Assembly (NCBI GenBank): GCA_050575255.1
Contig: JBNZDD010013587.1
Location: forward strand, 467,438 to 531,437
DNA: 64,000 nt
Direction: 5' to 3'
Source of the DNA: Harriotta raleighana
Lineage: Eukaryota
The notes beneath the pieces were generated by a model. It was given only the letters and a program-made list of their open reading frames with translations. It was not told where the DNA came from and searched no databases. Made by a program: the position numbers and the translations under genes. Positions within the stretch are counted from its first letter, which is position 1. Every line of letters begins with the position of its first letter. This document shows positions 11,950 to 24,867 of this stretch, in pieces.

Positions 11950-12535
11950 CAGTAAAAGCCCGTTTATCCGTGACCGGCTGAACTGAAAGACCCGTATAAC
12001 CGGCACGTCAAAAAAAAAGTCCCAATTCGATAAACCGCAAGTTTTCCAGCAGAATAGCAGTGGAGCATTTCATGAATCGATTGTCGCACACGAGTACTGT
12101 CGACTGTCGCGAGGGCAGCCTGAAAATCGCACTGCCATTTTTTTTCCCTCTGTGGGGGCCGCCATTGCAGAAGTTAAGTATGAAAAATAAAGTACTAATG
12201 CAATATTCTGTTATTATAGGTATCTGTTATTAGTGTATTTAGTCTATTATTTATATGGTGCAGGGTACATTATTTGCAATACACTACCAATACAATATTC
12301 TGTTATTACAGTATCTTTTATTACCGTATTTAGTCTATTATTTGTATGGTACGGTGTACAACATTTGCAATAAAGTACCCATACAATATTCTGTTATTAT
12401 CGGCTATTATTTAGTCTATTATTAATATGGTATGTGTTCAAATCATTTTTAATTTAATAAAAAACGTTCAACTGGAAAGCTGTTTAACCGGCACTGACCA
12501 GGTCTCGTGGGTGTCGGATAAACAGGCTTTTACTG
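11950..12535. mobile_element. Non-autonomous Tc1/mariner-superfamily (pogo/Tigger-like) MITE, 586 bp
   Basis: 21-bp TIRs: left CAGTAAAAGCCCGTTTATCCG, right reverse complement CAGTAAAAGCCTGTTTATCCG (20/21). TA duplication at 11948-11949 and 12536-12537. CAGT termini typical of pogo/Tigger. No transposase ORF. Confidence 0.9.
12185..12435. repeat. ~91-92 bp AT-rich tandem repeat (~2.7 units) inside the MITE
   Basis: CAATATTCTGTTATTA starts at 12201, 12293 and 12384; TATTTAGTCTATTATT also recurs three times. Confidence 0.85.
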
Positions 12536-13105
12536 TATTCTGTGGAGTGCTGTGAGACGTCTAGAAGATTTGAAAAGTGCGATATCAAATGCAAGGATTA
12601 TTTTAATTATTATTTCTATTGGGAGGACATCCCAAGCTACTGGACAGACATCGATGTGTGTGTGTGTGTGTGTGTCTGTGTGTGTGTCTAGGGAGAGGGT
12701 TATATGAAAAGCATTACAATGAAAGAATGTGAGAGTGTTGCTGCCTTTACCTGCTACCGTTTTCACTCAGAAACAACCTTGCTTTATTTGAAACATTGTT
12801 GATGCAGAGAATTAAATTCTGCGGATATGTTTGAGCTGCGGTACCCAGGAGCCCTGTGTGCTGAGGAATCAAACCCACAATCTTCTGACTGGGAGGCAAG
12901 ATTGCCAGAACCTGTGGGAAGGCTGGTGATGCCTGATGTAGCATAACTCACAGACAACCCACTGACTGATAACATGCGGACTGCAGTGTGTTTTTTTTTT
13001 ACGCAAGGAATAACATGTTGTTAAAAAGGGTGTCTTAGAGCCAGTCGAGATTGACTCTCAAGGATCTGGAATCGATCACCTTTGGTAACCCAGCGGCAGC
13101 CTGTT

Positions 13106-13136
<31 letters not shown>

Positions 13137-13644
13137 TCATACAGTACATATATATACATAGTAAATACATCTTTTAGAATATTTCCAAGCAGTTGTTCAT
13201 CCCTTTGCAGGCAAATCAGGTGGATTTGAGTACTCTCCGAGTTGCGTTGAATTTGGAAAGTTGAGCAGCCCCTTGAAACATTTCGAGTGAGCTCGCTGAA
13301 CGTTCAGCCAGGATCTGAAGTGGACCTCTGGGCAGCTTGTAGTTTGGGGGGAAAGAAAACTGTAGGTGTGATAATTATCCACTGCTCTGCAATGAACAGC
13401 TGTGAGATTTAGCAATTTTCCCATTAGTCGCACGGACTCTGAGATTCGCACAGAACACTGAATCAATTATCAACGTCTCCGAGTGTCGCAGCATCCCAGG
13501 TTGAGGAGAGGGGAGTGATGAAAAGGCACCTAAGGCAAAAGCGATGCCATTTCCCCGCATCGTTTCCCTGCGTTCCAACCGGTTGACGGACCGAAAGGCG
13601 TCTGCCAGGTACGCCATCAGCAGCTGGGTTTTCGTCGTCGCTTA

Positions 13645-13782
13645 ATTAAATTTTTCGCCCGCACGTATACAGTCAATTCACTGTCCGGGGTATTCTGTGA
13701 AGCGCTTTGAGACGTCGATGAGATGTGAAAAGCCGCTCTTATCAAATGCAAGGATTATTATTATAATTATTGTTATTGTTAT
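13645..13782 (+). mobile_element. SINE 3' fragment
   Basis: TTTCGCCC...TACAGTCAATTCAC...GAAGCGCTTTGAGACGTCGATGAGATGTGAAAAG...AAATGCAAGGATTATT. Confidence 0.85.
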
Positions 13783-14149
13783 TCAGGCAAGGATCTCTCC
13801 CTGGAAGGTGTATCTGGATGGATTTCAGATGCTGAAAGGGAGAAGGTTTCCTTTGTTTATTGAATTGTCGCATTGACTTGTCTCCCAGCGATCCCCAAGC
13901 GATTATTGTCAACTGTGTGTGGAAGGTTTTGCGGACAACATGGCATGGCGAGGTCTGACTAACAGCCAAGTGATAAACCATCAAGTCAGCTGGAGGACGG
14001 CTGGCCTCTAACTCGAGGGCATCAGGGTCAGATTCACTGTGCTCCCAGCAGTCAAACAGCCTGATTGTCCTCCCCACTCAGACGCACAGATGGCGAGGAC
14101 AGCTGTGCACAACTGTATCCCAACACTGTACAGGGAAGTAGGAGATGAA

Positions 14150-14480
14150 AGGGTTCAGTAGAGGAGAGAGAGAAGCAATCTTCCAAGCATGAGGCTTGTG
14201 TTCGAATACCGGCAGGTCAGGGCGAAACCTTGGGCAAGTTTCCTTACTCCCCACACACACACGCCTAATGATAATCTCTCCAAAAAATACACAATAATAC
14301 ATTTGGTCATTTCAATCTGTACGACTGTTTGTGGGGACACTGCTGTGCACAATTGCCTGCTACATTTCGCCCACAAATATACAGTGAATTCACTTTACAG
14401 TATATTTGGTGAAGCGCCTTGAGATGTCTAGAAGAGGTGAAAAGCGCTGCGTCAAATGCAATAATATTATTATTATTATT
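14150..14480 (+). mobile_element. SINE with degraded head
   Basis: GTGTTCGAATACCGGCAGGTCAGGGCGAAACCTTGGGCAAG, body and tail to (ATT)n. Confidence 0.88.
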
Positions 14481-14511
14481 AACATTGGCAATTAAAAAAA
14501 AGCTGCTCGAT

Positions 14512-14620
14512 AATACTAATCCTCTCATTTGATATAGTGTCTTATCACGTCTTCGAGATGTCTCAAAGCGCTTCGCAGACTATACTATAACGTGAATTGA
14601 CTGTATTTTTCGGGCGGAAT
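14512..14620 (-). mobile_element. SINE 3' fragment, tail-to-tail with the previous copy
   Basis: AATCCTCTCATTTGATATAG...TCTCAAAGCGCTTCGCAG...GTGAATTGACTGTAT. Confidence 0.8.
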
Positions 14621-15644
14621 GCAAAACTTGCTTTGATTTCGCCTCCTTTGTGTAGTATTGTAATATCTTGGAGTGCCTTGAAGGGGGGGGGTGGGGTGGG
14701 GGGAGGGGGTTGGTGGAGAGGGGGAAGCAGTTGTAGGTAGGCCTCTTTAAGATTTCAAGACAGAAAGAACTAAATGGGAGAACATTAACCGATTGTTTGC
14801 GACTGAGGGATCGTGTGACACACGATCTGACTGCTCGGTTTAGTTCCCATGGTGAATCTTATGTAAACTCCACACTAAGGCAAAAGCACGAGAGAAAAAC
14901 AAACACTCATCGAGCTAGCGTTCTAGCAAAGATACTCTTGCTTTTGATATCCGGAGCATTGATAATTCAGTTCCTATCCTGGGGGGTGGGGTGCGAATAG
15001 GTAGGGAAAGTCATAATACATTTTACAGTCTAAAGCCCACGAGCAAAGCAAAGATATAAAATAGGAGAGTGGTACAAAAGGGAAGGGTATTTTAAGATGC
15101 TTTGCTGTTCGGGTGAGGACGAGGCTTTGTGGGTTTCTGAATGCTAATCCAGAAGAAAGTTTCCATCAAGAGCCAGTTCTTGTGCGATTGGTTTGATGAA
15201 ATCCGTTCGGACTTGCGTTTGCCTTGAGGAAATCGCCAGCAGCCAGCCACTCCGCACTGCCTATCCGTCTCCAAACCCCGAGCAAGCGCTGTCGCTGACC
15301 GTGCTAACAGGTAAATAAATTCACGCTTTGTACGGACGACGTTTGCAAGTAAATGCATTCGGTGCCCAGAGCAAACTGAACGCACCAAACCCAGCCCTTT
15401 GAATGCAGCTCTCTGTGTTAGCTGTTTGCGATAACCTCTCTCTCCCTTGCTCATTTGCTTCAAGCTGCTTGCTTCGAAGTCAAGTAAAGAGGAACCGTGT
15501 CATTTCCTGACGTGAAAGGCGCTATATAAATATAATATATAAATAAATAAATAAAATAAAAAAAATAGATTTCTTAATCAGCCACGCCTTGCGTGTTACG
15601 TGGGGTTAGTCGATCGGCGGATCGCTTTTCTGGAGTGGGGGGAG

Positions 15645-15845
15645 ATAATTCCTTCTTAAAAAAAAAATAATTCAGTCACTCGATCACGACTGTTTATGGG
15701 GACGCTGCTGTGCGCAATTGGCTGCCACGTTTCAGCCACAAAACATTCACTTTCCAGAATGAATCGGTGAAGCACTTTGAGACTTCTGAGAAGACGTGAA
15801 AAGGCGCTTGTCCAAACGCAAGGAATATTGTTATTCTTGTTATTG
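15645..15845 (+). mobile_element. SINE 3' half
   Basis: CACGACTGTTTATGGGGACGCTGCTGTGCGCAATTGGCTGCC...AAACGCAAGGAATATT. Confidence 0.85.
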
Positions 15846-16171
15846 TGACATGCCCTGAGCATTTCCATCCTCACGCTGGTGAGAACGCCATCTCCTGCTG
15901 TGTGTACACCTGCAATTCTTCATGTTTCGTGTGTCTGAACTAGCAAACAATTTAGTAAGACAAATTTTAACAAAACAAAATGACGGGGTTGCATTGCTGT
16001 ATCAAATCCATTGACTGTCATAATTGCTCCATGCTTGTGCAGTTTGTTGTGGTGCCAAGTTGCAAAAGATTTTCTTTCCGTTGTTTGAAGCAGACAACTT
16101 GGCTATATCGTACCTCCATCGCAATGACGCTCTCCTATGCGTCTCGTGGTCCTTGCCTTTAAAACATAACG

Positions 16172-16258
16172 TCGTACGTTTCGCCCACACATGTGCAGTC
16201 AATTCACTTGACAGGTATATTCCGTGAAGCTCTTTGAGACGTCCGGAAGACCTGAAAA
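16172..16258 (+). mobile_element. SINE 3' fragment
   Basis: CGTTTCGCCCACACATGTGCAGTCAATTCACTT...GAAGCTCTTTGAGACGTCCGGAAGACCTGAAAA. Confidence 0.75.
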
Positions 16259-17172
16259 TTACAGCTGAAAAATGACATTTATTGGAAGGGTTTCTGTTTG
16301 CTCAAGGTGACAGTTCTGGAGCAGGAAATCTCGCCGCGTTACGGAGTGAAAGGTCAAGCAATTTGAGCCAAATGCAAAGGGAAGTGGGCCGTAAAGTGTC
16401 TTAAACCACGCACAGAATTTGCAACTCAGATCAGCTCCCTGCCCCTACTGTACCATCTCCAGCCACCTTCACCGACTCTCGCAATTGCAGATTCAAATAG
16501 CTTTGGAAAAGCTTTGGGTTGAAAACAGAAAAAAACAACAAAAAAAACGCAAGCCATCGGACTAAAGCACATTGGTAGGAAAACACATTTCACAAGATCA
16601 CAAGGGCAGTTTGAAGTAACACAAAAGCCCTCTTCGCCGTTTCATCACATCCCTCCTGAATAAGGACCCTATTTCAAAACGAAGCAAAATAAATTGGAAT
16701 TGAACGAAAAACGTTAGGAAATTATTTTTTTCTCATCCAGGTCTGATCTAAATCTGTTGCTTCAGATTCAGATCACATTTGCCAATTCCTCCGGTATTTA
16801 CGGCATTATCTGAATCCCCTCAATTATGTTCCTTTTCAGTGCGGAAACACTTCAGCGACAAGTGTCTTATGACACTGGAGCCTTTGTAACGGTCGCCCAC
16901 TGGTGAACCTGCGCATCGGGTGAGAACGTAGTGGAATCAAGACAAAATTAACTTCACAGGTTAGGCTGGCACTCGATCAAAGCACTGGCTGCCTTGTCGG
17001 AGATTGTGTCGTTCACAGGACGCGTCTGCCTGTTTCAGGTGGATGATGAAATTGGTGATGGCATTGTAAAGGAACATTGCTCCCAAGTTTTCGACTTAAA
17101 TCAACCTATCTGTTACCCTTTATCGATTGTCTGGTTTGGTTCAGACATTTTTTTGTAACTGCTGTACATCAT

Positions 17173-17421
17173 ATAATAATAATAATAATAATAATCCTTG
17201 CATTTGATATAGAGCTTTTCACATCTTCTAAACATCTCAAAGCGCTTCACGGAATACACTGTAAAGTGAATTGACTGCATGTTTGTGGGTGAAACGCGGC
17301 AGCCAATTGCGCACAGCAGCGTCCCCACAAACAGTCGTGGATTGAAATGACCAATTTCTTAGTTTTTTTTCTGAGGGATTATTATTAGGCGTGTGGAGTA
17401 AGGAAAGTTGCCCAAGGTTTC
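17173..17421 (-). mobile_element. SINE, 5'-truncated
   Basis: Tail (AAT)n through body to CCCAAGGTTTC; tRNA head missing. Confidence 0.9.
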
Positions 17422-18064
17422 AGTATGAAGACAAAGTGGTTGAAGGAGGGAGTTGCGAAATTTCAGGGCCTAGTGGCCGAAAGCACGGCATGGAAACTAC
17501 AGCACAAAACTGCGAGGGGGAACAAATTTAAAGCGTTCTAGATTGTCCTTCACCCTGTCTTGTACATGACCCAGGATTGCTCGTTGTTTATTATCCGGTC
17601 AAAAGATTTTTTTTTTTTTTACAACAAAAAAAGCAAGTTCCGTTTCCTCTCTCTCAGCCCTGTCGCCTTTAATAAGCCCAGATATTCAGACGGATAATCT
17701 AAACCTTCTGGTAAATCACCAATTCGATTTGTTCCTCAGATTGGAATTCAAGCTCGGTTATGGAAAATGGCAAGCAGACATTTGCAGAGGTCAAAATCAA
17801 GACAGATCTTGAATAAAAATAGATTTCTACGATTGGAGTACTTTTCTATCTCTCCCCGAGTGCTTGTCTTGTCAATTTCAGGCTTGTTTCACAAATGTAA
17901 AATCAATTGGCTGGTTACCTAATGCAATTGGCTTGATTTTGAGACAAAGACATTAAAGAAGTCCCATATCTCATGGACAATGCCAAAACCAGCAACTAGA
18001 CAACCAGGGTTGTGTGGTGGCCAGTCACTGAGTTGCCAACGAGATTATTTTTCAACGGATCCAG

Positions 18065-18235
18065 ATTACAACCTCGCCCATTCTTGTGTCACTTCTCCCG
18101 AGATCTCTCAAAGCGCTTCTCAGGATACACCGTTAAGTGAAGTGACTGCATATCTTGTGGGCACAGCGTGGTAGCCAATTGCGCACAGAAGTGTCCCACA
18201 AACTCCACAGCCGTGGAGTGAAGGGACCAAATTCT
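18065..18235 (-). mobile_element. Degraded SINE 3' half
   Basis: TCTCAAAGCGCTTCTCAGG...GTGACTGCATATCTTGTGGGC...AGCCAATTGCGCACAG. Confidence 0.7.
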
Positions 18236-18569
18236 GAAGGTTATCGTGAATAACTGCCTTTAGAGGTAAATGTAGAATTCATCTTAACAACTATAGCAAA
18301 TGTGCTTCAAGGGACCCAGTGGCGTAGAAGTCTTAATAGGCTGTATGTATTTCTCGGACTGTTGGAATTGAGAGCAACGTCAACCAAAGGATCTTCTAAA
18401 TAATTAGAAACAGCAACAACTGAATGTGAAGGCCATCGCTTTCTTGTTTTTTTAATTGATATTGATATATAAATATCTATATCAACCCAAGGGTTTGTTC
18501 ATGTGCCCACGCTTTCTTTTGATGAGATGAAATGACAAACCAATGAATCAAGAGCGTGAACCTTTCAGG

Positions 18570-18825
18570 ACGAAAGCTTGGGCAAGTTTCCTTTCTCCAT
18601 GCGTCTAATAATAATAATAATCCATCGAAAAAACACAATAATAAAAATTGGTCATTTCAATCCACGACTGTTTGTGGGGGACGCTGCTGTGCGCAATTGT
18701 CTGTCGCATTTCGCCCACAAATACACAGTCAATCCACTTTACAGCATAGTCTGTGAAGCGCTTTGGGACGTCGGTAAAAAGCGCAATATCAAATGCAAGG
18801 ATTATGTATTATTTATATTATTATC
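18570..18825 (+). mobile_element. SINE, 5'-truncated
   Basis: CTTGGGCAAGTTTCC through body to AAATGCAAGGATTAT. Confidence 0.88.
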
Positions 18826-19857
18826 TCTCTTAGATTCCTCACCAGATTCTGCCCCAAATCAAGAGACTTTTTTTGGGTGTTGCTTTTCGCTATGTTGCAG
18901 TTTGTTCCGTGTCGGAAAGCCTAGCAGAATGTTTTGCTTTGGGGATGTGAAGGGGTAAACCATTCAATAACCACAGCACGAGCGAGTTGCATGATTTATT
19001 TTGGACACGCAGTGAGCACAGTGCANGCTCCAAAAGTACTCCTGATATATATAGATATATATATATACATACACAGTAATATATATGTATTATTTTTTTC
19101 TTCGTTGCACACAATGAAAGCAACTTCCCATCAATTGACCATGAATGTGACTTGATTGTTCATGGCGTCTTCATGCCATCCATTATTATGTTGCAAATGA
19201 TTTTTAAAAATCTTCATATATATATATATATATATATTTGGAGCAGAGTACAGCTATGTCAGCTATCTCATTGCAGTTGGATTTATGGGCTACCATTTTC
19301 CTATCAGGTCTGGCTTTCCAATGGCAACTGTTTCTGTGGATGTGCCACTCAGTGGAATTCGAATGATTGTTGCCATCAGTCACTGCTTATAGAAGTACTG
19401 AACATACTTTTTGCTCGCCTCTAGATTTACTGAAGGTTAATTCTGAGGAATGGAATACTATTCTTGAGGATCGGGCAGAGCAGTGAGTTTGCACAAAAAC
19501 CCTCCGGGACTCGGATTCAACTCAGACTCATCTACAGTGTGTACATATATATATATTTATAATATATATATATATTTTAAAAATATTCACTCTCCTGGCT
19601 GTAAAGGTCCCATGTGAATTGCATTTAGGTAGCCCCAAGCTAGTTGGTAGTGGGTACTTTTGAACAAAGGACAATTCATCATTTGACTGAAATTGACATT
19701 AACGTGGCAGTTTTAGAGAAGCAACCAAATATCTGGTGTGTGAAATGGGAAAGAAAAATACATTGGTGCAATACTGTATGAGACTTCATTGATTTGTTTG
19801 GATGGTGAGTGCGGGTGGGGGTGGGGGGGGGGTGGGGGTGTGTGTGGAAATCCTTGT

Positions 19858-20536
19858 TACGAGACTGCCTCACCCCTCATGCTGCTGAGATACTGGTCCA
19901 CGCCTTCATCACCTCAAGGCTGGACTATGGGAACTCTCTCCTTGTAGGCCTTCCCGGCTCCTCCATCCACAAGCTGCAGGTCATCCAGAACTCTGCAGCT
20001 CGTGTTCTCTCCCGCACCAGGCTTCGAGACCACATCACTCCCACCCTCGCCCGTCTCCACTGGCTCCCCATCCCCCAGAGGATCGAATTCAAGATCCTCA
20101 TCCTCACCTACAAGGCCATTCACGGCCTTGCTCCCTCCTACCTCTCCGACCTACTATCCCCCTATCTACCTGCCCGTACCCTCCGTTCCTCTGGCTCTGG
20201 TCTGCTCCACATCCCCTGCCCTAACCGTCCTACCATTGGCGGCCGGGCTTTCAGCCGCTCAGCCCCCAGGCTCTGGAACTCCATCCCCCTGTGCCTTCGC
20301 CTCGCTCCCTCCCTTTCCTCTTTCAAGGCCGGTCTCAAGACCTTTCTCTTCGACCGTGCCTTCAGCTCCCCTCTCGACTCTCTACCCCCTCCTTGCTCCT
20401 ACCCTTCCCCCCCCTCGCCCTGAACATTTTCCCTTGCTCGGGTCCTGAACCAATCTGTCCAGCGCCTTGGGACGTCCTCCTGACATGAAACGCGCTCTAT
20501 AAGTGTAATTTTGTTGTTGTTGTTGTTGTTGTTGTT
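19858..20536 (+). mobile_element. L2-clade LINE, 5'-truncated (ORF2 C-terminus, 3' UTR, (TTG)n tail)
   Basis: Open frame [103 protein letters not shown], hallmark L2 post-RT region; ends in a stem-loop and TTG repeat. Confidence 0.95.
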
Positions 20537-21739
20537 AGAAGTAAGGCACATTAATAAGGAGAAATTGACTTTATTTACGGGGTCTTTGTTTCAGGGTCTG
20601 CGGAATTTGGCAAATTGCTGAATTCGACCCCGAATTCGCGGCTCTCAAAAGAACTCCCAGAAAAAAACGTTTTGAGAATGGAAATGCTATTCCGTTTTTA
20701 AGAATCGTTTGAAGAACTCGTTTAAAAATGTGCGATTCAAATAATTTTTGACGGGTCTAAACGTCACAATTTTTTTTTATTGGGAGACATTCCTCAACAT
20801 TCTCCTTTTACTCTTGGGATAAATGATGTCGATTTCTAGAAGGATGCTTTAACGATTTTTTTTAGTAGGAGTGGGGGGAGCGGAGTGGGTGGGGGGGGCT
20901 GTGTGTGTGTGTGTCAGCTGGGTGTCTGACACATTTGGAAGCCCATCACCATGCTTAAGAGTACCCAAACCAAACTGAGATTTCACCACTACATGGAAAT
21001 CCCAGAGATAGATTGGTTGGAACAGAATACACACACTCTCTTTCTCTCACTTCCTGTAGGGAGACATCCTTCTTACCTAATCCCGGGAAAATTATTTGCC
21101 GCAGGTTGGCAATGAGCAAGGTGGATTTATTTTACCCAGCGGTAGAAGCTGCAATGCGATGTATTTTTAGAAGGGGCGTTCCTTTGTGTCCCTTGAGTGA
21201 GAAGCTACTGAATGGTATTAAATCCCATTCAGTTCCCTTGTTAAGAAATCCCTTTATCACCCACCGTACCATAGACTTGATGGTTCACGTGATACACGGG
21301 AAAAATACACTGTCACTTTAACCTACAACGTTCCTCCACAAACCCTACTTCATACCTGGCCTTAACTGACCTGCGATTGCTGAATTAAGGACAGGATTTC
21401 AAGGTGGAATCACTCACTGGGGACGAGACTGACTGACAGAACGTATTTCATTTGGGACCTTTGCTGTCAAACTAAAAAGTGACCTTCATCGCCAGTCCCT
21501 TAGGCTGGTTTCGAACCTTGATCTTGAAAGCTAAGGAATTGCTTCTTTCATTACTCTTTTTCAACCAACCTCTCGATTTTTTTAATATACGGTTAAACAA
21601 AAAGTGTTGCTCGCAGCGAACTTCCCCATGTTACATTTACCGAAACAATGTTTTTTTGAGTAAATAAAAGAGACCTGAGCAAACAACAGATTTTTTTAAA
21701 AAACCTTTACCACATATCCTATGTTAAACATATCAGTGA

Positions 21740-21895
21740 GTAATCCTTACATTTGATATAGCGCTTTTCACATCTGCTAGACGTCTCAAAGCGCTTCACA
21801 GAATACACTGTGAAGTGATTTGACTGCATATTTGGTGGGCGAAACGCGGCAGCCAATTGCCCGCGGCAGCGACCCACAAACAGTCACGGATTGAC
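21740..21895 (-). mobile_element. SINE 3' half
   Basis: TAATCCTTACATTTGATATAGCGCTTTTCAC...GGGCGAAACGCGGCAGCCAATTG...CAGTCACGGATTGA. Confidence 0.87.
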
Positions 21896-23257
21896 TTTCA
21901 GGCACACCCCGTAAAATACGAGGCTGGAGAGGCACAACGAGACATCAAGCTGGTTTGAAGTGACTGAAAATCCATGACAATTTCACAATTGCTGCTGCGG
22001 CTTTAAACCGACCACCTCACGGTCGAGCGAGATCATTTTGTTGAGGTGCACATGCACACTGGGACAATAACGCAAGTCACTTGAATATGAATCACTGCAA
22101 AATACATTTATGTGGACAACACATAAATGCTTCTTTAATGGCAAATAAATCTACCAGATCACAGAGCGCTGTTGATTGCTGTACAAAAGGGTATCAAAGC
22201 ACCTTCTTTCTCTCTTCCGGAATCTGATGAAGGCCGAGATCAATGAGGAAGCCATCGAAATGTTATATGACACGTTAAAACCCTCGATTCCCTGAACAAA
22301 CGTACGCCATAAAACAACTGGCTAATCCTTTTATAGCAGTCTCAATGCTGCATCTCTTAGGTTATTAGTGGTGCGAAACATGCAGTTTGGTTCCAACTTA
22401 TGCCGTGCACTTTCATACTCAAGGCATGAGCTCTCCGAATGATAATGAGCCCCATATGTCAAAATAAAATAGGCTGTCTGCTAAAATGTAACTTTAATAC
22501 AATTCAATTACCTTGAGAAGCCTTTTTGTAAGCACTTACCTGGAAATTAGAACAAATGGATTACGCTCGGAAAACAGCGCTCGCTTTCCTGGGATTCTAA
22601 TCTCGATTAATTTTCAGGAGATAAAATTAGGCCCTCTTTGTGCACATCACATTGAAGTCAATAATTGTGTTGTGTGCGGCGGCGGTAAACATGCTAAATT
22701 GAAGACAGTCAGTGTCAGTAACTGGATAGAGGTATCAAACCAATTGAAAATACATTATGATTTTGCTGTGTATATAAAGATACTCACTTGTCTTCCAGTT
22801 CTTAGCAAAATAGTCTTTGAACTGGGAATAAGTATCACACGAGGCTATTTTATGGGCACGGTATTAATATTTAAACATACTTAAAGTCAGCTTTAGCTTC
22901 AAATTGGAATCGTTTTCAAGCAGTTCGCAAACACACAGCTTGCTACCGTTGCGAGACTATATTGTGGGAAGCGTTTTTTAAGATGAAATAATTTGGAATG
23001 TGTCCAGCCCATTAACAAGCGGAGCTTGGGCTCTGAATGGCGGTCACGGAGTAAACATCAACAAGAGTTGCTTCCATGGTTCAAACGCGCACAGGGATTG
23101 GAGTTTGCAGCTTGCATTAATCGAAGACGTGTACATCTCACTGACAAACCAGGCTCCAAGGAGACATAAGGGTACAAGTTTAGCATCCCTCCAAGACATT
23201 GTCCTGTGTGAAAGGCGTGTGAGTAACATGTGTATGTGGAACTCTCAATCTAGTTTG

Positions 23258-23328
23258 TATTGGGACCATCCTCCTGACCTGAAAGGCGCTTTCCAAATGT
23301 AATGTGTTGTTGGTGTTGCTGTTGCTGT
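23258..23328 (+). mobile_element. L2 3' end fragment
   Basis: TTGGGACCATCCTCCTGACCTGAAAGGCGCTTTCCAAATGTAATGTGTTGTTG. Confidence 0.7.
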
Positions 23329-23459
23329 TACGTACTCTTCAGCAGGGATGGCCAAGTTAGTGTCTGCTGTACGCATGTGTAGTTAGTTCAGGAAATTAGC
23401 TATTCCTGCTCTTTAAAGCGTGTGGATGCGTTTCCCCATGTGTCAAACACCCAGCTCAG

Positions 23460-23655
23460 CAATAATCCCTCCAAAAAAAACACAATAATAAAATTGGTCA
23501 TTTTCAATCCACGACTGTTTGTGGGGGACGCCGCTGTTCGCAATTGATGCCGCGTTTCGCCCACATATGATACAGTCAATTCACTTTACAGTGTATTCTG
23601 TGAGGCGTCTAGAAGACGTGAAAAGCGCCATATCAAACGCAAGGATTATTATTAT
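23460..23655 (+). mobile_element. SINE 3' half
   Basis: AATAATCCCTCCAAAAAAAACACAATAAT, body, AAACGCAAGGATTATT; followed directly by a short inverted tail fragment (~23657-23692). Confidence 0.87.
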
Positions 23656-23779
23656 AGTAATCCTTACATTTGATACAGAACCTTTCACGTCAAAGTCTCG
23701 GGCGCAGTCATGGGTAATTACTGTTGTAGGTGAACGGGCAATTATTATTTGTGTGTGGGGGGGGGGTGGTTGGGGGGAG

Positions 23780-24150
23780 GGATTACTGGCCTGCGCAACG
23801 TGGAAAGAACTCCTTTTCGAGCTGTGCCTTGAGATCTTCAAGATCCGCCCGAACCAGGGAGATTGTTGATGTCTCATCTGAAGGTGAAGGACGACATCTT
23901 CTCAAGACGGCGCGAAGTGGGGTCACCTTAATAGTGTCGGCATTAAGACTCAGTGGAAGTCCTTTCTGCTCTGACGCAAGGGCAATTCTCAGGAAGTGAA
24001 TGTAGAACCTTGAACATTTTTTGGTTGGGCTGGTTTGATTCTCTTTCTCCCACTTTCTCAAGGTGAGAGGCAGTGCGATGCACGACTTTGCGAACACTTG
24101 ACACTGTATCATGATATCAAAGGCGAGGATTAATATTCTGCCCATCTTAA
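23780..24150 (-). mobile_element. Possible very degraded non-LTR (RTE-like) reverse transcriptase fragment
   Basis: ORF 23783-24169 has VFAKSCIAL...GLPLSLNADTIKV...ISLVRADLE..FFP in the order of the RT motifs FADDCAL...GLTLNxxKTKV...IxIxGxxLE..FPYLG; weak similarity, catalytic DD absent. Confidence 0.3.
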
Positions 24151-24867
24151 TTTGCCAGTTACTTGTCACACATCGAGCGTTGCCGTTGGTATTTTGTTTG
24201 GAAAGCGTATGTTTTTTTCGATCGCTCGAAATATATTTTGGAATGGATCAAAGCTGAGCTCCTAAATGAGACTGGATAATATGCCTTTAACTGCCCCGCT
24301 CTCTTCGGTAGAACGCTAATCGTACGCTAATTTTAAAGAAGCTTTTTCAGTCAATTACAGAATATGAAGTACTTCACATCTATATAAACATTAATGTGAA
24401 TGCCAATTCCTTCTCAGCCTGACGCTGGAAGTTGTATTTCTCCTCCCCGTTTTGGATCCATAAATATAAATGGACATTTACTGTGTACGCAATATATATT
24501 CATGTAATGAAAAAGCAATGATGTTAAGTAAGTGTTTAGTACAACCTAATAACTGCAGAGAAGGCTGAATATTTGCAATACTTCCGCATGAATAAACCTC
24601 ATTTACACAGGAGGCATTACAGGGGATTAAATCTGGCATAATATCTTACTTATTGTCACAAGCAACAGGGATAAAAAAAAAATTGGAGCAACTACCTTCC
24701 ATCTGCAATGCTAAACCAAGCAATTTTGGTTATAATAATAATAATAATACTAATCATAAAATTCCATTGCAATCGAGGAACCCACTGAATTTCAGTTATT
24801 CTGAATGGACTCAGTGCGCATGTGTGACAGTGTAAAGGCTTTCAAACGCTTCAACAACATTTTAGCG

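Larger units (their letters stand above)
11706..12615 (+). mobile_element. SINE interrupted by a MITE
   Basis: Head and body 11706-11949 end at ...CACTTTACAGTATA; the family consensus resumes at 12536 with TATTCTGTG...AAATGCAAGGATTA. Confidence 0.9.

Noticed and set aside
12185-12435. CRISPR-like regularly spaced repeats
   Set aside because: The intervening sequence is also homologous between units, the array sits inside a MITE in vertebrate DNA, and no cas genes are present.
19809-20423. 204-aa ORF as a host gene
   Set aside because: It is the C-terminus of L2 ORF2 in a 5'-truncated copy; the N-terminus comes from a G-rich simple repeat.
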